DNA of 52,368 nucleotides from IMG/VR virus record IMGVR_UViG_3300028591_008384; one strand, written 5' to 3'. The notes under the pieces were generated by a model. It searched no databases. It was given only the letters and a program-made list of their open reading frames with translations, and had not been told where the DNA came from. Below, piece by piece: positions 24,412-33,942 of this stretch (position 1 is the stretch's first letter; the number at the start of each line of letters is the position of its first letter). The translations under genes were made by a program, and so were the position numbers. Source of the stretch: a virus (lineage: Duplodnaviria > Heunggongvirae > Uroviricota > Caudoviricetes).

Positions 24412-25379
24412 CCTTTTACATGTTCGGTGATGCTACCTTCCAAAGCCATTAGTGTCAGACTATCGTCGATTATGCCATCGCACAATACCTTTCCGCCATG
24501 TTCATCCCTATCGGAGAATACTACCTTGTAATTCCCGTCCTCTTGCTTTTCGAAATAGATGGTGTATTCCACATCGCCACGGAAGAAACGCAGATAGAGG
24601 ATATTTTCATCGCCCTGCCGTCCAAACATGACATTCAGGTTTTCCAGGACCTTTTCAATCTTATCTATCGGGTGCTTCCACAAGGGATAGCCCTCGGGGT
24701 CAAGTTGCGTCGCTTCGCTCTTCGGTTCTTCCACTTTCTTCTCGGGTTCAGCTTTCGCCTGTTCGATGGTAAATTCGAGTTTCTTGGCAAACATCTTCTG
24801 CTGTTCGCGAATCTTTTCGATATTGGCGCACGAGCGAGGACATTCTGCATTAGAATCGCAGGCCCGGCATTGTTCCGGGGTAGCCTTTATGCAGTCTTCC
24901 ATCGTTTCGGGTACGGCGGAATCATCCTTACTCGGTTCCTCGTGTTCACTTTCCGTGGTATGTTCCTCGGCAAACTTCTTGGCCTCTTCAGGACTCATAT
25001 CAAGCGGGACTGTCGCGATGTAATTCTTGACATCCTCGCGCAGTTTTTCGGTTTCCTTCTTGTCCGGTGCCTTCTGCACCGTGGTAATTACGGGAATGCC
25101 GTTCTTCAGACACATTTCAATGACGGAATGGGTATCTTCCTCGGGACCGCTGTCAAGACGAGCATCCTCGATGAGATTGGCGAACTCGTCGTCGATACGG
25201 CTACTGAGGAGGCGGTAGAATGCCACACCTTCCTGAAAACCTTCATAGAAGGCGCGTCTGGCCTCCTTGTCGCCCTCGTGTTCCCCCATTGGCTGGAACA
25301 TCTTGGCCATGCGGGAACCCGCGGCACGGATTGCGGCATTTTCAACCTTGATTAAGTCTTTCTTTTCCATGTTATGCAT
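24405..25379 (-). CDS. hypothetical protein with internal Cys motif
   Basis: start refined to MHNMEKK; C..CRAC..CPRSC. Confidence 0.8.
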   Translation of the reverse strand: MHNMEKKDLIKVENAAIRAAGSRMAKMFQPMGEHEGDKEARRAFYEGFQEGVAFYRLLSSRIDDEFANLIEDARLDSGPEEDTHSVIEMCLKNGIPVITTVQKAPDKKETEKLREDVKNYIATVPLDMSPEEAKKFAEEHTTESEHEEPSKDDSAVPETMEDCIKATPEQCRACDSNAECPRSCANIEKIREQQKMFAKKLEFTIEQAKAEPEKKVEEPKSEATQLDPEGYPLWKHPIDKIEKVLENLNVMFGRQGDENILYLRFFRGDVEYTIYFEKQEDGNYKVVFSDRDEHGGKVLCDGIIDDSLTLMALEGSITEHVKGW

Positions 25380-25599
25380 CCTGGTCAGTGCAGCTTCCCA
25401 CCATATGGGTTGCCAGATGGTTGTCGATGATGGCGATTGCGTACTTGATGCCTTCGCGGAAACCTGCCTGTGCACCCGCCTTGAATTCATGTTCTTCGGA
25501 GATATCGTCAAACATCTTGTCAGCCGCAAGAAACTCGGCGGTACCCCTGGCATCCCGGTCAATCTGTTTTTCATTACTGAACATATTTTCAATTTTCAT
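25372..25599 (-). CDS. hypothetical protein resembling the N-terminus of the next gene
   Basis: 75 aa, GGAGG RBS; shared KMF..EHE..GFxEG. Confidence 0.75.
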   Translation of the reverse strand: MKIENMFSNEKQIDRDARGTAEFLAADKMFDDISEEHEFKAGAQAGFREGIKYAIAIIDNHLATHMVGSCTDQDA

Positions 25600-25870
25600 G
25601 TGTTTCCTCCTTCAGCCACAGCCAAAAAGTATTTGATGCCCATGCCTCTATTGTTTCTGGTTCAACTTCCGTAACAATAAAGCCATTGAACGTGCCGGGT
25701 TCATACAGGTCCTCAAAAATTTCTCTTGACGATTTCTCGCTCTTGACAAACCAAACGGTCTCGATTGGATGATGCCAGTCGTATGACCCTTTGATTTTAT
25801 GAAGAAACCTGAGCCACTTCTCGACGTTAGTCTTCTCTTTGAGACCATATGACACTGAATACAATTTCAT
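25589..25870 (-). CDS. hypothetical protein
   Basis: MKLYSVSYGL start; WHHPIETVWFV. Confidence 0.75.
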   Translation of the reverse strand: MKLYSVSYGLKEKTNVEKWLRFLHKIKGSYDWHHPIETVWFVKSEKSSREIFEDLYEPGTFNGFIVTEVEPETIEAWASNTFWLWLKEETHEN

Positions 25871-25872
25871 AA

Positions 25873-26796
25873 TCAAAATGTACCCAACAGGATATGTCCG
25901 AGGCCGAAACCGGCCATCGCGCCGAGGACCATCGAGCCCCACCGGGCTATCTTTTCCCACGGCATCTTGAAGCGGAGCGATGCATAGAATGGGTTTTCAG
26001 GAAGGGTCTTGATAAATTCGTCATACTTCTTCTGCCGTTCAATCTCGGCTTTCCTCGCCTCGCATGCCCGTGTAACCTTATCCTGGACAAGGTTCGACCA
26101 CTCGGCCACCCAGGTATCTTTTCCGGCCTTCAAGTCATGGTTCGCGAAGCACATCAGGTTCCTCACGGCATCGTTGAGGTCGTGATAAACGATGATACGC
26201 GCATTCAACGCTTCCGTCAAGTCGTTCACGATGTCAATTTCTTCAAGTGACGAGTTGAACGCCGTCTTGTCGGCTACCGGGACCGGAAGCGTGATGAAGC
26301 CGTCTCGTGCGCGGCTCATATTGAATATGGCCATGGAAGATGGAATGGGTATCTTGACACCTTCCGGTACTACCCTTACCTTGCGGATATATTTTCTGCA
26401 CGGGGCCAAATAGAGAACATAGACATATGGGAAATTCTGAAACGAATCACCACCCGTCATCATGAAAATGTTTACCAGGTCGGTCGGTTCAGCAAGTTTG
26501 CCCTCGTTCATTTCCCAGTTAAAGGATTGGTTGCTGCCAGCCGGAATGGATGCAACATTGGCACTCTTCCTGTCCATGGCGTATATCATTGCTTCTTCGG
26601 GATAAACGGCAACTGCTTCGGCCACGCCAAGCGACTCGTAAGGATTGCCAAGGTCTCCACGGATCAACTCTCCAAACTTGAAAGTCTGCTCATCAACCAG
26701 ACGCTGATATTTCGCCAGTTCATCCTGACGAACGACCTTTGTGGCAACCGGCATGCATGCCGGTTTGAAATAGATTTTTGGCTTTATTTCACTCAT
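25873..26796 (-). CDS. hypothetical protein with C-terminal TM (probable leaderless mRNA)
   Basis: MSEIKP start 6 nt after -10. Confidence 0.8.
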   Translation of the reverse strand: MSEIKPKIYFKPACMPVATKVVRQDELAKYQRLVDEQTFKFGELIRGDLGNPYESLGVAEAVAVYPEEAMIYAMDRKSANVASIPAGSNQSFNWEMNEGKLAEPTDLVNIFMMTGGDSFQNFPYVYVLYLAPCRKYIRKVRVVPEGVKIPIPSSMAIFNMSRARDGFITLPVPVADKTAFNSSLEEIDIVNDLTEALNARIIVYHDLNDAVRNLMCFANHDLKAGKDTWVAEWSNLVQDKVTRACEARKAEIERQKKYDEFIKTLPENPFYASLRFKMPWEKIARWGSMVLGAMAGFGLGHILLGTF

Positions 26797-26802
26797 ACCC
26801 AA

Positions 26803-26831
26803 AATGTAGTAAAATGTGCAGTGGACGGCAA
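26803..26831 (-). promoter_or_regulatory. sigma70-like early promoter
   Basis: TTGCCG-N17-TACATT directly after TAG. Confidence 0.85.
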
Positions 26832-27389
26832 CTAGGTGACACTTTTCATGTGTAGACGGTTCTTGAACTCTTTAACCTCGATGCGCTTGCGGAGTTCCTT
26901 GCTTACCGCCTTGTACAACCATTCATCATTGTAGTGCTTCACGAAATACCTCATGTTCTTATAGGCACTCTCTCGGCACGATGTGCGATACTGGATTAGA
27001 TGCCCATGACACTCCGGCGTATATAGGCCGAACTTGTCATCATTGGGACATATGACACAGCTGGCAAAGTAGGACCACCCATTTTCAGTCCGCTGGTACA
27101 AGGTGAAACCTATGCCACTACTGAAATGATTTGCCAGTTCCAGGTACACATTATGCCACCAACTGCGCCGGAAAAACGCCGCGGTACCCGCAAGATTGTC
27201 CCTGCGAGGATAGTCCAGCATCTCCTTCATGAGGGTATAGTATTTCTCGCATGCGCCAATCATTTGGCACATGAAGGCATCGTCCAGGGCACCGATACGC
27301 AGTTTCTTGGACAGTTTCGCATCCTTCTCATGAAGATATGCGTTTCGGCTGCTTTCCAGGAGTTTGTTGATTTCTTCGGTTTCGGTCAT
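26832..27389 (-). CDS. hypothetical protein (probable leaderless mRNA)
   Basis: MTETEE start 6 nt after -10. Confidence 0.8.
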   Translation of the reverse strand: MTETEEINKLLESSRNAYLHEKDAKLSKKLRIGALDDAFMCQMIGACEKYYTLMKEMLDYPRRDNLAGTAAFFRRSWWHNVYLELANHFSSGIGFTLYQRTENGWSYFASCVICPNDDKFGLYTPECHGHLIQYRTSCRESAYKNMRYFVKHYNDEWLYKAVSKELRKRIEVKEFKNRLHMKSVT

Positions 27390-27395
27390 GCAACA

Positions 27396-27424
27396 AATGT
27401 AGCAAAGGATGGTCAAAATGGCAA
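27396..27424 (-). promoter_or_regulatory. sigma70-like early promoter
   Basis: TTGCCA-N17-TACATT. Confidence 0.85.
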
Positions 27425-27432
27425 TATAAACT
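27425..27432 (+). promoter_or_regulatory. putative late promoter
   Basis: TATAAACT abutting the early -35, upstream of the endolysin. Confidence 0.65.
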
Positions 27433-27451
27433 ATCGTAAAAGAGGTTTCAC

Positions 27452-27985
27452 ATGAACAGCCCGCTCGTCGTCCACACCAACCTTTCCCCTAACAAGACCA
27501 CCAAGCGCACCCGTGCAATCGACACGATTACGATCCACTGCACGGCCAATCAGGTGACCGCCGAACAGCTTGGACAGATGTTCGAGAAGAAGGAAAGGAA
27601 GGCCTCCTCCAACTACGGGGTGGACAAGGATGGCCGTATCGGCCTCTATGTGAACGAGGAATCAAGGAGCTGGTGCAGCAGCAACGCTGCCAACGACCAC
27701 CGCGCAGTGACCATCGAGGTATCAAGTGATGCCAAGGCGCCCTATGCCGTCTCCGATGCGGCCTATGCGTCCCTCATATACCTGGTGACCGACATCTGCC
27801 GCAGGAACGGCATCAAGAAGCTGCTCTGGAAACATGACAAGACCCTCGTGGGCAAGACCGATGCCGACGGAAACCTGGTGCAGAACATGACACTGCACAA
27901 GTGGTTCGCCAACAAGGCATGCCCAGGGGCCTATCTTGAAGAGCGCATGTTCGACATTGCCGCGAAGGTCAATGCTTTGCTCTAA
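27452..27985 (+). CDS. N-acetylmuramoyl-L-alanine amidase (Amidase_2), probable endolysin
   Basis: ITIHCT, SSNYGVDKDG, AVTIEV, HKWFANKACPG Zn-amidase motifs. Confidence 0.9.
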   Translation: MNSPLVVHTNLSPNKTTKRTRAIDTITIHCTANQVTAEQLGQMFEKKERKASSNYGVDKDGRIGLYVNEESRSWCSSNAANDHRAVTIEVSSDAKAPYAVSDAAYASLIYLVTDICRRNGIKKLLWKHDKTLVGKTDADGNLVQNMTLHKWFANKACPGAYLEERMFDIAAKVNALL

Positions 27986-28379
27986 TCGGCGGCAATGAAA
28001 ACATTGCATTCTTTAACGGAAAATACGCTAGAAGCGGTGTTCTTGCAGCAAATATCTTGATATTTTGAATTTCACCGGAGCGAAACTGTTCCATGAAGGT
28101 TTCGCGCATCATTTCCCGGCTGGAATCAAAAAACTTACAATCTATATAGAAATTTGGGGCGATGTCAGGGTGGTTGCGCTCCAGGTAATCACAAACTCTT
28201 CTGGCAATTATGCCGTTACGGACCACGGCACACCATATATCCGCGTTACCATAACGCATCATTAACGCACATGGCTCGATGTGCGCAGGAACGAACTTTC
28301 CAAAAGACATGGTGAACCGTTCGACAAGTTTCATAATAAACCTGCCGAGCACGGCACCATATATGACATGTCTTACCAT
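27969..28379 (-). CDS. hypothetical protein
   Basis: MVRHV start, GGAG RBS. Confidence 0.65.
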   Translation of the reverse strand: MVRHVIYGAVLGRFIMKLVERFTMSFGKFVPAHIEPCALMMRYGNADIWCAVVRNGIIARRVCDYLERNHPDIAPNFYIDCKFFDSSREMMRETFMEQFRSGEIQNIKIFAARTPLLAYFPLKNAMFSLPPIRAKH

Positions 28380-28381
28380 GG

Positions 28382-28582
28382 CTACTCCGGAAACGGCATT
28401 ACCCGCACTGAAGGCGTAGTGCACTGTTCCGGGTGTTCTTCCATCCACTTGCGGCACGCTTCTTCATCGAACCCGCCATCAAACAGGATGTGAACTCTCC
28501 CCGTGGGAATAGGGAGGCCGTCAGCATCGAATTCATCGCTAAGGATGTCTTCCACTACACAATATGAGTATTGCTCAGCCAT
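28382..28582 (-). CDS. hypothetical protein
   Basis: MAEQYSY start, GGGGG RBS. Confidence 0.7.
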   Translation of the reverse strand: MAEQYSYCVVEDILSDEFDADGLPIPTGRVHILFDGGFDEEACRKWMEEHPEQCTTPSVRVMPFPE

Positions 28583-28590
28583 AGTTCCCC

Positions 28591-29328
28591 CTAGCAGTAG
28601 GTTCCGTAGAAGTACCGGTCCTTGTGGGCTTCCACCCACTTGAACATTTCCAGCAACTCTTTGTCATGCTGGATGCAAATGTTCCCGTCCACATCTTCGC
28701 CTCTCTGCTTCAATAACTCGGTAATGTCCTCGATGCGGCGATTGACCCTTGCGACTTCTTCCTCATGACGCCCCGAAGGCCGCACGATGTTGAGTGCGTC
28801 ATTCTCGTTGCCAATCGCCCAGTCAACCTTCTCGATTTCGTCGATATTGTTCCACCTGAACAGGAACTGGCAAGTACATGCCACCGGGGCGACGATCCGG
28901 TCAGGCCCCCAACTCGCCGATACGCTGAGCTGTTTGCCACAGGACTTGAATTCGAAATGACAATCAATCCAACTATCGAAACCACGCCCGATATCGTCGT
29001 CAATCGCCTTGAGTGCGGCAATGAACTTTTCGGTATCGTAGAGTATCTTGTGCTGGATGCGGTAATTTACGCACAGAACGGCCCCGAGTTCCTTGTCGAA
29101 GGACATGAAATAGTTACCGCCCTCGACACCATTGGGGAGCTCGTAGTACGGAGCATCGACCGACTGGTACGAATGGGTGAACGCGGCCATCAGGTCGGCG
29201 AAGATGGGTGCCTGGGTTTCCGGGTCGTAATAGATATCCCCGTCATAGTCCTCGTCCTCGTCTTCCAGGGACCGGATGTTCAGCTTGTAGAGGAGCTGTA
29301 CGGTTTCGCTCTGTTCATGCGTACTCAT
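28591..29328 (-). CDS. hypothetical protein, paralog of 29524..30180
   Basis: 245 aa; shared LPxGVE, IVAPVAC and W..G.+NDA.NI. Confidence 0.85.
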   Translation of the reverse strand: MSTHEQSETVQLLYKLNIRSLEDEDEDYDGDIYYDPETQAPIFADLMAAFTHSYQSVDAPYYELPNGVEGGNYFMSFDKELGAVLCVNYRIQHKILYDTEKFIAALKAIDDDIGRGFDSWIDCHFEFKSCGKQLSVSASWGPDRIVAPVACTCQFLFRWNNIDEIEKVDWAIGNENDALNIVRPSGRHEEEVARVNRRIEDITELLKQRGEDVDGNICIQHDKELLEMFKWVEAHKDRYFYGTYC

Positions 29329-29331
29329 TGT

Positions 29332-29520
29332 TTACCTCGTGTTGTGTCTATCATGTTCATTACACATTGCAATGAAATCCGGATCCTGTTCCGCTTTTAG
29401 GCAGCCCCTTGCCATCGAATCCAATTTCTGTCCATAATTTGGATCACTATAAGGAACCAAATCTGCAAGCATGCTTTTGTACCATTCAACTTCCGAGACA
29501 CTATGTTCTGGCGTACTCAT
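29332..29520 (-). CDS. hypothetical protein
   Basis: 62 aa, GAGG RBS. Confidence 0.7.
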   Translation of the reverse strand: MSTPEHSVSEVEWYKSMLADLVPYSDPNYGQKLDSMARGCLKAEQDPDFIAMCNEHDRHNTR

Positions 29521-29523
29521 TGA

Positions 29524-30180
29524 CTACCTCGCGATGAAGAAGTGCTTCTTGTTCTTTTCGATGAACTTGAACATTTCTTCCTTTCCAATACCGAAATACT
29601 TGTTTTCCTGGAGCTTCTTTTCATGCGCTGCCTTGTTGAAGCAGATGTTGAATGCATCATTGTCGTAGCCAAGCATCCAGTCGGTATGTTCGATTTCATT
29701 AACCGTTTTCCACTTTACCATGAAATTGTCATAGCAGGCAACCGGGGCCACGATGGCAATGACATCGGACTGGGCCCGAGGAGCGTAACGAGTACGCCCG
29801 ACCTTGAAATCACGCTGTTCAAAGCCTTCGCCCCATCCGTCCGAGAACTGGCCCTCGGCATCGTCGATAATCTTGGTCAAGGTTTCCTTGAAATCCTCGG
29901 TATCGTCAATGATGCCCTGGTCAATGTAGTACCCGACACAAAGGCAGATACCCTTCTTCTTGTCCCATGTGAGGAAATGCTGTGCGGGCTCGACACCCTT
30001 CGGCAAGTCGTCCTCGTTGTGCGGAAAGTTACGTGCGAACCATGTGGGTCCGAACCAAGCAAGCATTTCCGGGAAGATTTTCCGTTCATCCTCGAGGTCA
30101 ATGTGATCGTAGTGCTCGCCTGTACGGACATTCACCTTGTAGTAAATCTGGACGATATCTGCATCGTATGTTTCTTTCAT
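29524..30180 (-). CDS. hypothetical protein, paralog of 28591..29328
   Basis: 218 aa; GQFSDGWGEGFEQR motif. Confidence 0.85.
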   Translation of the reverse strand: MKETYDADIVQIYYKVNVRTGEHYDHIDLEDERKIFPEMLAWFGPTWFARNFPHNEDDLPKGVEPAQHFLTWDKKKGICLCVGYYIDQGIIDDTEDFKETLTKIIDDAEGQFSDGWGEGFEQRDFKVGRTRYAPRAQSDVIAIVAPVACYDNFMVKWKTVNEIEHTDWMLGYDNDAFNICFNKAAHEKKLQENKYFGIGKEEMFKFIEKNKKHFFIAR

Positions 30181-30181
30181 G

Positions 30182-31576
30182 TTACTTTCCCTTTACCTTT
30201 AAGTAAGACTTGACTTGGCTATCACTCAATTGCTGATAATCCTTATCGAAATCGCGTTTCCATTCCGCATAGCCGTTATCACGCTGGCACAACATGATGT
30301 GCTTGCCACCACAATAGACATTGAAATAGGAATATCCATCACGGCCATCCAATATCTTCTCGACCTTGGTTGCCCACGGGTACCTGATGCCGATGGCCTC
30401 TTCGGAGTTCTTGGGAAGATTTGCGATTCGCTTTTCTTCTTCCTCCTTGGCCTTGCGCCTGGCTTCCTCTTTCGCCTTGGCATCCAGGTGCTGGATAATC
30501 GCATCGGCAATCTCGTTTTCATCCAGGGGTCGCTTTGTTCGCGGATCCGGCTCATAACTGTCACGCTCTTCCGAATGACACCAGTTGTGCGCCCCCTTGT
30601 AATGACCCTTGAATATCCCGCTTTCGCAAATCGATGAAAGAATGTTGCTCATGTCCCCAAAATCGCCTTTGGTATATTCCTTTCTTTCAAAGTCACGCCA
30701 TGTGCCTCGTTTCGGCAAATTCGCCTCGGCAATAAGGAATTCCGGAGTAATATCCATAGCAGCAGCCCGAATTTCGTTTACGCTATTGACATCATTGTAC
30801 TCGCTGTCATTGTCGGCGCAAACATCCAAGTTCGAAAAGGACATCGGTCGCACCCCGGTCATCCTAATCCAATACTGGGGCGCAACATCATTAAGAAGGG
30901 TCGGGTAATTAAACTTGAACCAATGAATAGAATGGTCAGCCGTCCACTCGGTACCGTGCCAATGGCTTGTAATTCTCGGGTCACAATTCACCCCGCAGAG
31001 GAATGTATCGCCCAAGTACAGTGCGCCGAACTCGTATCCACCGAACTTTCCACGCCATTCTTCATCCAACCCCTCATAATCCATTGTATTCTTTTCAATA
31101 ACCCAGTTATCTCGAAGGGACCAGTGTTTTGCCGTATTCGGTCGATACTCGATTTTCCAGTCGGGCTTCTTCTTTTCTAATGCGGCTTTGATACGCATAA
31201 GTAACGGAAACTTTACAAAGTACGACTTTAAGCGCCAGAAACGCTTTGCAATCTCGACCCTGTCCTCGATTGTGGAATGTGTCGAACGGATCTGCCTGAG
31301 CTCAATCATGAGCTTGGCGACATCCTCCCGGTCATACTTGGAGAGTTTCAGGTCCACCTTGATTTCATTGTCGATGAACTCCTTGGCAATTTTGAGACGG
31401 TCGGATACCTTGGATTCCTTTGCATTCTTTAACGCGATGGCGGCCATACCATGTTCTGTTTCGGCCTTCGCCATGGACTTCTTGGTTTCCAGTTCCTTAT
31501 TGGCGCAGTCTTTCACCTGCTGTTCATGGTCCGCATTGCACTTGTCAAGCCGTTTCTTCAAATCCTTCACTGACAT
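30182..31576 (-). CDS. hypothetical protein with coiled coil; distant paralog of 3198..4436
   Basis: MSVKDL start, AAGG RBS. Confidence 0.85.
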   Translation of the reverse strand: MSVKDLKKRLDKCNADHEQQVKDCANKELETKKSMAKAETEHGMAAIALKNAKESKVSDRLKIAKEFIDNEIKVDLKLSKYDREDVAKLMIELRQIRSTHSTIEDRVEIAKRFWRLKSYFVKFPLLMRIKAALEKKKPDWKIEYRPNTAKHWSLRDNWVIEKNTMDYEGLDEEWRGKFGGYEFGALYLGDTFLCGVNCDPRITSHWHGTEWTADHSIHWFKFNYPTLLNDVAPQYWIRMTGVRPMSFSNLDVCADNDSEYNDVNSVNEIRAAAMDITPEFLIAEANLPKRGTWRDFERKEYTKGDFGDMSNILSSICESGIFKGHYKGAHNWCHSEERDSYEPDPRTKRPLDENEIADAIIQHLDAKAKEEARRKAKEEEEKRIANLPKNSEEAIGIRYPWATKVEKILDGRDGYSYFNVYCGGKHIMLCQRDNGYAEWKRDFDKDYQQLSDSQVKSYLKVKGK

Positions 31577-31586
31577 GAGTATTTCC

Positions 31587-32072
31587 TTACACGAAATTTG
31601 TCGGGTTGGTTTCTTTGCTCTTCTGGAACAGCGGTGCCAGGAACACCTTGCACGGCTTGCCCAGCTTCTTGCAACGGTCGATGTTGGCCTTGGTGCCCCG
31701 TGACGTGCCATCCCAGAACCCAATGGCAATGTCGCATTCCTCTGTCATGGACACGTCCTTCACCTGCTGGAACTCTTCACCGCGCTTACCGCCACTATCC
31801 TTCCACAACGATACGACGTTGGCAAAATGCGCATGGCGCGGTTCCTTGCCGGAGCAGAATATCCGGACATTGGGATAGTCGATATCCTCCAGGAATGACT
31901 GTGCCAGGTTGTCAGCACCGTAGCAGTCGCCGATGAGGAATTCGGGCTGATAGGTCTTGATGAGTTCATGCAGTGCATCGAGCATTTCTGCTGTCAGCAT
32001 GTCTAGGGTTGAACTGCCGAACACGAACACTTTCATTGGATGTTCCGTACTAAACGTTTTCATCTTTTCCAA
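31587..32072 (-). CDS. SLOG-superfamily (YspA/DUF2493-like) protein
   Basis: VFVFGS, IGDCYGAD, AIGFWDGTSRGT. Confidence 0.8.
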   Translation of the reverse strand: MEKMKTFSTEHPMKVFVFGSSTLDMLTAEMLDALHELIKTYQPEFLIGDCYGADNLAQSFLEDIDYPNVRIFCSGKEPRHAHFANVVSLWKDSGGKRGEEFQQVKDVSMTEECDIAIGFWDGTSRGTKANIDRCKKLGKPCKVFLAPLFQKSKETNPTNFV

Positions 32073-32535
32073 CCATTCCTTTCAGCGATTCAATCCGCTT
32101 GTTGATTTTGTCGATTTCGTCGTTAATCGGCCCGCTCACCTTGGCAATGCGGTCTTCGAGGGCCTTGCGCTGTTCTTCCAGGACCTTTATGGCAGCCTCG
32201 GAGTTCTCTTTGAGAATTTCATCGTCGCTCATTTCGAGATACTTGGCCGGTATCTTAACCGTGCACTTCCTTGAAAACGATCCCCGGAAATCGTACATGT
32301 GATCGCAATATATAGTCTCGTGCCCGGAATTATATCTCCACTGGTGGCTTGATACCTTGGTGGTATCCCGTGCAACCCACTGGATGGCATCATCCGGGGT
32401 CACGTCCAGGGAGTTGCATTGTGCCATGATGTCAAGAACAGACTTGATCTTGGTGGTCAATGCCTTCTTGATGCTAAGGTAGTTGTCGAAAAGTTCGCTG
32501 CCTTGGCGGGTCTGTGTATTATTTTCTTTGCTCAT
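32050..32535 (-). CDS. hypothetical protein (probable leaderless mRNA)
   Basis: 161 aa, ATG 6 nt after -10. Confidence 0.8.
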   Translation of the reverse strand: MSKENNTQTRQGSELFDNYLSIKKALTTKIKSVLDIMAQCNSLDVTPDDAIQWVARDTTKVSSHQWRYNSGHETIYCDHMYDFRGSFSRKCTVKIPAKYLEMSDDEILKENSEAAIKVLEEQRKALEDRIAKVSGPINDEIDKINKRIESLKGMVGKDENV

Positions 32536-32541
32536 GTCACA

Positions 32542-32570
32542 AATGTAGCAAATGACAAACAGAACGGCAA
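32542..32570 (-). promoter_or_regulatory. sigma70-like early promoter
   Basis: TTGCCG-N17-TACATT. Confidence 0.85.
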
Positions 32571-32574
32571 CCGG

Positions 32575-32603
32575 TTGCCAACAGTCACATTCTTTGCTAC
32601 ATT
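32575..32603 (+). promoter_or_regulatory. divergent sigma70-like early promoter
   Basis: TTGCCA-N17-TACATT back-to-back with 32542..32570. Confidence 0.85.
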
Positions 32604-32609
32604 TGGAAT

Positions 32610-32914
32610 ACGCGCAGGGATATCACCTTGCGTTACGGGAAATAACGCTGTTGATGGCAGCAGAATACCCGTACGTGCCCCCATGAGCGCTGCATGGGAA
32701 GGTCGGAGTCTGACCGTATAAGAGACCAAGGTTTCCGCCGCTCTCCTAGAAATGTGGCCGGTAACGCTTTTCGAGTTTCGATAACTACGCCATCGCGATG
32801 GCCCGATGTAAACCCGTGGAACTTGCAACGACCAGGTTATCCCCTGTGGGGAGGCCGAGTGGTGCAGCGTATCCCGCTACGCTTAGCCTCATCAGCAGCG
32901 GGTATTTCTTTTTT
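32610..32914 (+). ncRNA. ~300 nt structured leader or stand-alone RNA
   Basis: own promoter; GCAGGG/CCTTGC, GCGTTA/TAACGC and CCCATG/CATGGG hairpins; AATACCCG/CGGGTATT closure; T-tract. Confidence 0.6.
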
Positions 32915-32928
32915 GGAGGAAACTGGAC

Positions 32929-33321
32929 ATGTACAACTACCTGAGAGGCGGTGAGCAGTACAAGTATGCGACCCACCCGATTATTGTCACAATTCCATTT
33001 GGTGACCCCAACTACGCAGACCACTGTACCGACTATCATTATATTTCCCAGACCAAGATTAACCTGTCGAAGAAGCTGTACGATCTGTTCGGCATCCACA
33101 TCGACTGGCACACCTTTATGCAAAGGGTCAAAGGCCAAACATGCTGGGCCAGTTCGGAAGTACAGTTCTGGCTTCCGGGTGAGAATATCAGCGAATTTGA
33201 TGCCACGCATACACTTGCCTTCCGTCGTCCGTTCAGCAAATATCTGCAGAAACGCCCGAAGATCGAGCTTTTCCGAGACGAGTTAGGCATCTACTGGCTA
33301 AAAATAAATGGCGACCTGTAA
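32929..33321 (+). CDS. hypothetical protein
   Basis: 130 aa, GGAGG RBS. Confidence 0.8.
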   Translation: MYNYLRGGEQYKYATHPIIVTIPFGDPNYADHCTDYHYISQTKINLSKKLYDLFGIHIDWHTFMQRVKGQTCWASSEVQFWLPGENISEFDATHTLAFRRPFSKYLQKRPKIELFRDELGIYWLKINGDL

Positions 33322-33330
33322 GGAGAAATC

Positions 33331-33942
33331 ATGCTCGCATCCATCAACGTAAATCTCAATGTATACATCGAACCCAATGCGGTGACTTGGGACATCATCA
33401 AGAAATACTATTCATGGAAAGACCGCCTCGAACTCGAAAAGTTCATCGAGGAATTCAAGCGGAATGTGGTGAAATCCGTGAATGTCCGCGGTAAGACCCT
33501 CCAGCTCATCGAGTTCCAGATTTGGGACTTCATGAGCATATTCGGCAAATACATGTACCTCGGCAATACAGACGGCCCGTACTTCCATAATAACCAGGTG
33601 TATTTCGACCTGGACGACCTGTGCCCCATCTTCGACAAGGACCAGATTCCGACACTCGCCGAACCGACCAGGTACCAACTGTCCCCCAAGTCCACATTGA
33701 CCATACCGACCAAGTTCGACAATGGCGACACTGTCAGGGTCAAGTTCGAGGACGAGGGTGATGGCATCTTTGCCTACTGGGCCGATCCGGAATTCATCGA
33801 CACCTGCCACCTGTCGGAAGAAATCGTGGACGATGAGCAGGACTACATCATCAAGGAAGGCCGAAACGCAATCGTCCTGTCGAACTCTACCGACAAGCCG
33901 GCCCACTGCAGCATCAGTTTCGCCGCATACAAGAAGGAGTAA
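33331..33942 (+). CDS. hypothetical protein
   Basis: 203 aa, AAGGAG RBS. Confidence 0.85.
   Translation: MLASINVNLNVYIEPNAVTWDIIKKYYSWKDRLELEKFIEEFKRNVVKSVNVRGKTLQLIEFQIWDFMSIFGKYMYLGNTDGPYFHNNQVYFDLDDLCPIFDKDQIPTLAEPTRYQLSPKSTLTIPTKFDNGDTVRVKFEDEGDGIFAYWADPEFIDTCHLSEEIVDDEQDYIIKEGRNAIVLSNSTDKPAHCSISFAAYKKE

Noticed and set aside
32860-32900. Hammerhead ribozyme from CTGATGA on the minus strand
   Set aside because: No GAAA core after stem II, and the promoter indicates plus-strand transcription.
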